Positions 60,723-64,000 of a stretch of 64,000 bases of DNA are shown here, one piece after another. This DNA is from an uncultured delta proteobacterium (GTDB lineage Bacteria > Desulfobacterota > Binatia > Binatales > Binataceae). Position 1 is the first letter of the stretch. Every line of letters starts with the position of its first letter. Below the pieces are notes generated by a model. The model searched no databases, had not been told where the DNA came from, and worked only from the letters and a program-made list of their open reading frames with translations. Position numbers and translations under genes: made by a program. The stretch is from positions 1,408,001-1,472,000 of the forward strand of contig CAVXXK010000001.1 in assembly GCA_963765675.1 (NCBI GenBank). The letters are read 5' to 3'.

Positions 60723-61706
60723 TCAGCCCAGCGCAAGATTGAACTGCCGCTCCGCCGACGGCTGCGCCGGCTTTTGCGCGTCAAGCTCGTCCTCATGCGC
60801 AACCGGAAAGCCGTGGCGGCGCCGCAAGCGGTCGAAGATCGCGCGCATCCGATCGTCGTAGGCTTGCGGCGCATACGGCGAGTGCCCATAGAATGCGTCG
60901 ATTCTCTCTGCGAGTTCCGGAAAATTCTGGCGGACAAATGGGATAAACCTGCGCGCCGCCGCCGGCATCAGGAACAGCGTGCGCCACCATACGCCCTCGG
61001 CCCCCGCCTTGCGCGCCATCCGGATGACACTCTCGATCGCCGCCGGATCGTCGGTCAGCCCCGGGATCATCGGCATCATCAGGACGTTGCATCGAATCCC
61101 CGCCCGCGCGAGCGTGTTCAACGCGCGCAGCCGCAGGCCGGGACGAGGGGCGCGCGGCTCGAGGATTCGCTGCAGTCGCCGATTCAGCGTGATCACCGAA
61201 AAGTTCACCTGGATTCGCGAGCGCCGGTTGATCGCGAGCAGCAAATCGAGGTCGCGCGTCACCAGCGCCGACTTGGTCGTGATCGAGATATTCAAGCCCG
61301 AGAGCTGCGCGAAAACCTGCAGCATTGATCGCGTGAGGCCGTACTTCCGTTCTGCTGGCTGATACGGGTCGGTCGCGGTGCCGATAGCAATCGAGTCGGT
61401 GCCGATAGGCGTGCGTGAGAGCGTATGCGCCAGCACCTCGGCGGCCATCCGCTTGACGAAGATGCGCCGCTCGAAATCCATCGGATCGCGCAGCTCCAGG
61501 AACTCGTGCGTATACCTCGCGTAGCAATAGACGCATCCGAACTCGCATCCGCGGTACGGATTGATCGTCCACCGAAACGGCATCCGGGAGCCGGTGCATC
61601 GATTCAGAATCCGATGCACCGGCATCTCGACAAACTCGACTCCCCTGGCTGCCTCATCAGGCACCAGACGATCAGGGCGGAGTGGCAACGTGGCAACGGC
61701 GTTCAT
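60723..61706 (-). CDS. Radical SAM protein, SplB-like PA0069/Rv2578c family
   Basis: INPYRGCEFGCVYCYAR, TATDPYQPAE, TKS and LEPRAP. Confidence 0.88.
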   Translation of the reverse strand: MNAVATLPLRPDRLVPDEAARGVEFVEMPVHRILNRCTGSRMPFRWTINPYRGCEFGCVYCYARYTHEFLELRDPMDFERRIFVKRMAAEVLAHTLSRTPIGTDSIAIGTATDPYQPAERKYGLTRSMLQVFAQLSGLNISITTKSALVTRDLDLLLAINRRSRIQVNFSVITLNRRLQRILEPRAPRPGLRLRALNTLARAGIRCNVLMMPMIPGLTDDPAAIESVIRMARKAGAEGVWWRTLFLMPAAARRFIPFVRQNFPELAERIDAFYGHSPYAPQAYDDRMRAIFDRLRRRHGFPVAHEDELDAQKPAQPSAERQFNLALG

Positions 61707-61917
61707 TCGGATATTTTTCGCTTTTTCTTCGCTACGAGTCAAGTTTGAGGAAATCTGACCTTGCCTTTTGGCTTAATTGGTAAATGACGCGGACGCGGTG
61801 GGTTCGTTCGATACCTTTCAATGCTTTATGCGCGACAGCCATGCGCGACGTGCGCTCGACTACCCGGCGCGATTCGCGCATCGTTGCCGAGGTCGGCGTG
61901 TTAAGGAGGTAGTTTCG

Positions 61918-62768
61918 ATGCGCGTCCAGGTTGGCGATATCAAAATGTTCTTCGACGTCGAGGGCGCGAAGCTCCGCCCCGACGGTCCCGTGATGCGCGA
62001 GGTCCCCACGCTGCTGCTTCTGCACGGTGGCCCAGGCGGAGACCATGCGTCGTTCAAGCCGGGCTACGGAACGCTCACCGATATCGCGCAGGTGATCTAT
62101 CTCGACCATCGCGGGCAGGGGCGCAGCGATGCGAGCACTTCCGACGCGTGGCGGCTTGCCAGGTGGGCAGACGACGTCGTGGCGTTCTGCGACGCGCTCG
62201 AGGTCACAAAGCCCGTCGTGCTTGGCCTGTCGTTCGGAGGATTCGTCGCGGCCGCCTACGCGACGCGGCATCCCGATCATCCGGGCAAGCTCATCTGTGC
62301 TGCACGCGCGCCGGCCGTCCCGCGCCGGAGCGCGAAGCGGAAGTTTTCGAGCGACTGGGCGGCAAGGCGGCGGGCGCGGCGGCGCGCGGATATCTCTGCG
62401 GCGAGACGGCGACCAGCGATCAGTTTCGCGAATTTGTCCGGTTATGCCGTCCGCTCTACTCGCGGGTTCCGTGGGATCCCAACAAGGACGCACGCCAACT
62501 CTGGAAGCTCGACGTGATGCGCTCGTTCCGCGAAAACGAGGACTATACTTTCGATTACCTGGACGATCTCGCGCGGATCAAATGCCCGACGCTGGTACTA
62601 GCCGGCGAGGACGATCCAATAACGCCGCCGTTCTACTCCGAGCAGATGGTAGCGAAGTTGCCCGTGAATCTGGTGCGTTTCGAGCGCTTCGCAAACGCGG
62701 GCCACGGCATCGCCGCCGACGCTCCCGACCGTTACTTCGCCGTCCTGCGCGAGTTTATCGGCTCATGA
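61918..62768 (+). pseudogene. Alpha/beta hydrolase (proline iminopeptidase-like) missing one base (~62296)
   Basis: HGGPG, DHRGQGRS and GLSFGG in one frame; CPTLVLAGEDDPIT..NAGH in another; span = 3n-1. Confidence 0.8.
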
Positions 62769-62781
62769 CTATGTGCACCGA

Positions 62782-63345
62782 TTACTCAATCCAGGCGTTG
62801 GGGAGAAAATAGGAGCCTGCGATAAAGGCGATTATACCCAGGGCGATCGCGGGATGTATAAACGCCGCGGGAATCGCTACGCAGTATAGGCAGACCGCGA
62901 TAACGTTTTTGCGGAAGGCGGGACGACTGGCTATTGCGTAGTTCGGGTCGTCCTTGAATTGTGCTGCTATCGCCAGGCGCAGCGCCAAGAAAGATATTCC
63001 AGCCAGGAGCATCACCACGCAATAGAGCGCTGCTGAAAAAGAACTCACGCGCTTCATTCCCATGTAGGCGGTGAAATATGGGACCAGCGAAGTAAAAAAC
63101 AGTAATACGATGTTGGTCCAAAGGATTCGATTATCAACAGTTTCTACTTCGTGAAACATGTGATGGTGGTTTATCCAGTAGGTAGCCACCAGTACGTAGC
63201 TGACCAGGTAGCTGAGAAACACCGGCCATAGATTGATTAGTCCCGCGGGGCCGTTCTGTACCGGCAGCTTCAGGTCGAGCACCATGATCGTGATGATGAT
63301 CGCGAAGACACCATCAGAGAATGCTTCCAGCCGTCCGGGGCTCAA
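62782..63345 (-). CDS. TMEM175-family potassium channel
   Basis: RLEAFSDGVFAIIITIMVL, YWINHH and LWTN..LLF..LVPY.T. Confidence 0.9.
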   Translation of the reverse strand: MSPGRLEAFSDGVFAIIITIMVLDLKLPVQNGPAGLINLWPVFLSYLVSYVLVATYWINHHHMFHEVETVDNRILWTNIVLLFFTSLVPYFTAYMGMKRVSSFSAALYCVVMLLAGISFLALRLAIAAQFKDDPNYAIASRPAFRKNVIAVCLYCVAIPAAFIHPAIALGIIAFIAGSYFLPNAWIE

Positions 63346-63408
63346 GTTAGGCTCGTTCCTCGAAAGTGCGGATGCGCGCGTCGCGCGTCGTCTGTCCGAG
63401 GGTTCACG

Positions 63409-64000
63409 CTACGGCAGCGCGACCAAGTCATGGGCAGGCGGTAGCTTTTCCGCGATCGCGGCGACGGTGAGGCCGCCGTCTTCCGCGCGAATCACGCGGC
63501 CGTCGGTGGTGACGCCGAAGAATCCGCCGCGCTCCGGATCGGAGCGCAGCCGCATCACCATCCCGCGCCCCGAGGCGTACTCGGTCACGAGCGGCGCGAA
63601 TGACGTGCCGCGGTCGCGGCTCATGAACACGATCGCATCTGCGCCCGAATGACTGCCCGACCAGGTGGGCGGAGGACCCGCCGCGGCCGCGGTGAAGATC
63701 GTTTCGCCGTCGTCGACCAGTAGCGGGACGGTATAAGTACGATTGATCCCGTTGCGCACGTGCCGCCATGAAGCGCCCGCATTATCGGAGGTATAGAAGC
63801 CGCGCCCGGTGGTTGCGTAGAGGCGGCGGGAGTCGGCGGGATCGACCGCGACGGTATGAACGTCGTCGTAGAGACCGTCGTTGAGTGTCTCGAAGGAAGC
63901 GCCGCCGTCGCGCGTGCGGAACACTCCTCCTTCTTCCACTCCGACGTACATCGTGCGGGGATCGTGCGGATCGAACGAGATCGAGCGCACGTGCGGGATG
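63409..64000 (-). CDS. BNR/Asp-box beta-propeller protein (runs off window end)
   Basis: Repeated S/T-x-D-x-G-x-S-W/F boxes (RTRDGGASF, TSDNAGASW, SRDRGTSF). Confidence 0.75.
   Translation of the reverse strand, partial: IPHVRSISFDPHDPRTMYVGVEEGGVFRTRDGGASFETLNDGLYDDVHTVAVDPADSRRLYATTGRGFYTSDNAGASWRHVRNGINRTYTVPLLVDDGETIFTAAAAGPPPTWSGSHSGADAIVFMSRDRGTSFAPLVTEYASGRGMVMRLRSDPERGGFFGVTTDGRVIRAEDGGLTVAAIAEKLPPAHDLVALP

Noticed and set aside
62782-63345. AT-richer TMEM175 gene as part of a mobile element
   Set aside because: No flanking repeats or mobility genes; composition alone is insufficient
54989-64000. Integrated prophage or island at tRNA-Leu
   Set aside because: No integrase, phage genes or duplicated tRNA 3' end seen within the window

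Overview
High-GC bacterial chromosomal window, mostly housekeeping. The gene order and content are Deltaproteobacteria-like, and Ca. Binatota is my inference from the LLM-F420 and CoA-transferase genes and the NHL/choice-of-anchor-D protein. Core blocks: rarA, hup, leuA-leuB-asd-like-truA, rpsB-tsf-pyrH-frr-uppS-cdsA-rseP-tsaB-DUF465-ilvN-ilvC-psd-pssA, rluD-rho, leuCD, hemD/hemE fusion-hemH-hemY-dinB, tolQRAB-pal-cpoB-ribF and gap-pgk-tpiA-secG-tRNA-Leu(GAG). Accessory parts: a higBA islet between pssA and leuA, a two-gene pair after tRNA-Leu encoding a probable ADP-ribosyltransferase-fold protein, an ATP-grasp/alpha-E/transglutaminase operon behind a sigma54-type promoter, and a 12-blade NHL surface protein. 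Non-coding signals missing from the ORF track: a Leu-rich leader peptide with a full attenuator upstream of leuA, several families of intergenic palindromic REP-like elements (some nested inside each other), and a diverged duplicate of the pssA 3' end. Three single-base frameshifts between 57 and 63 kb may be sequencing errors. I saw no CRISPR array, integrase or transposase. All calls come from reading the sequence; no searches were run.
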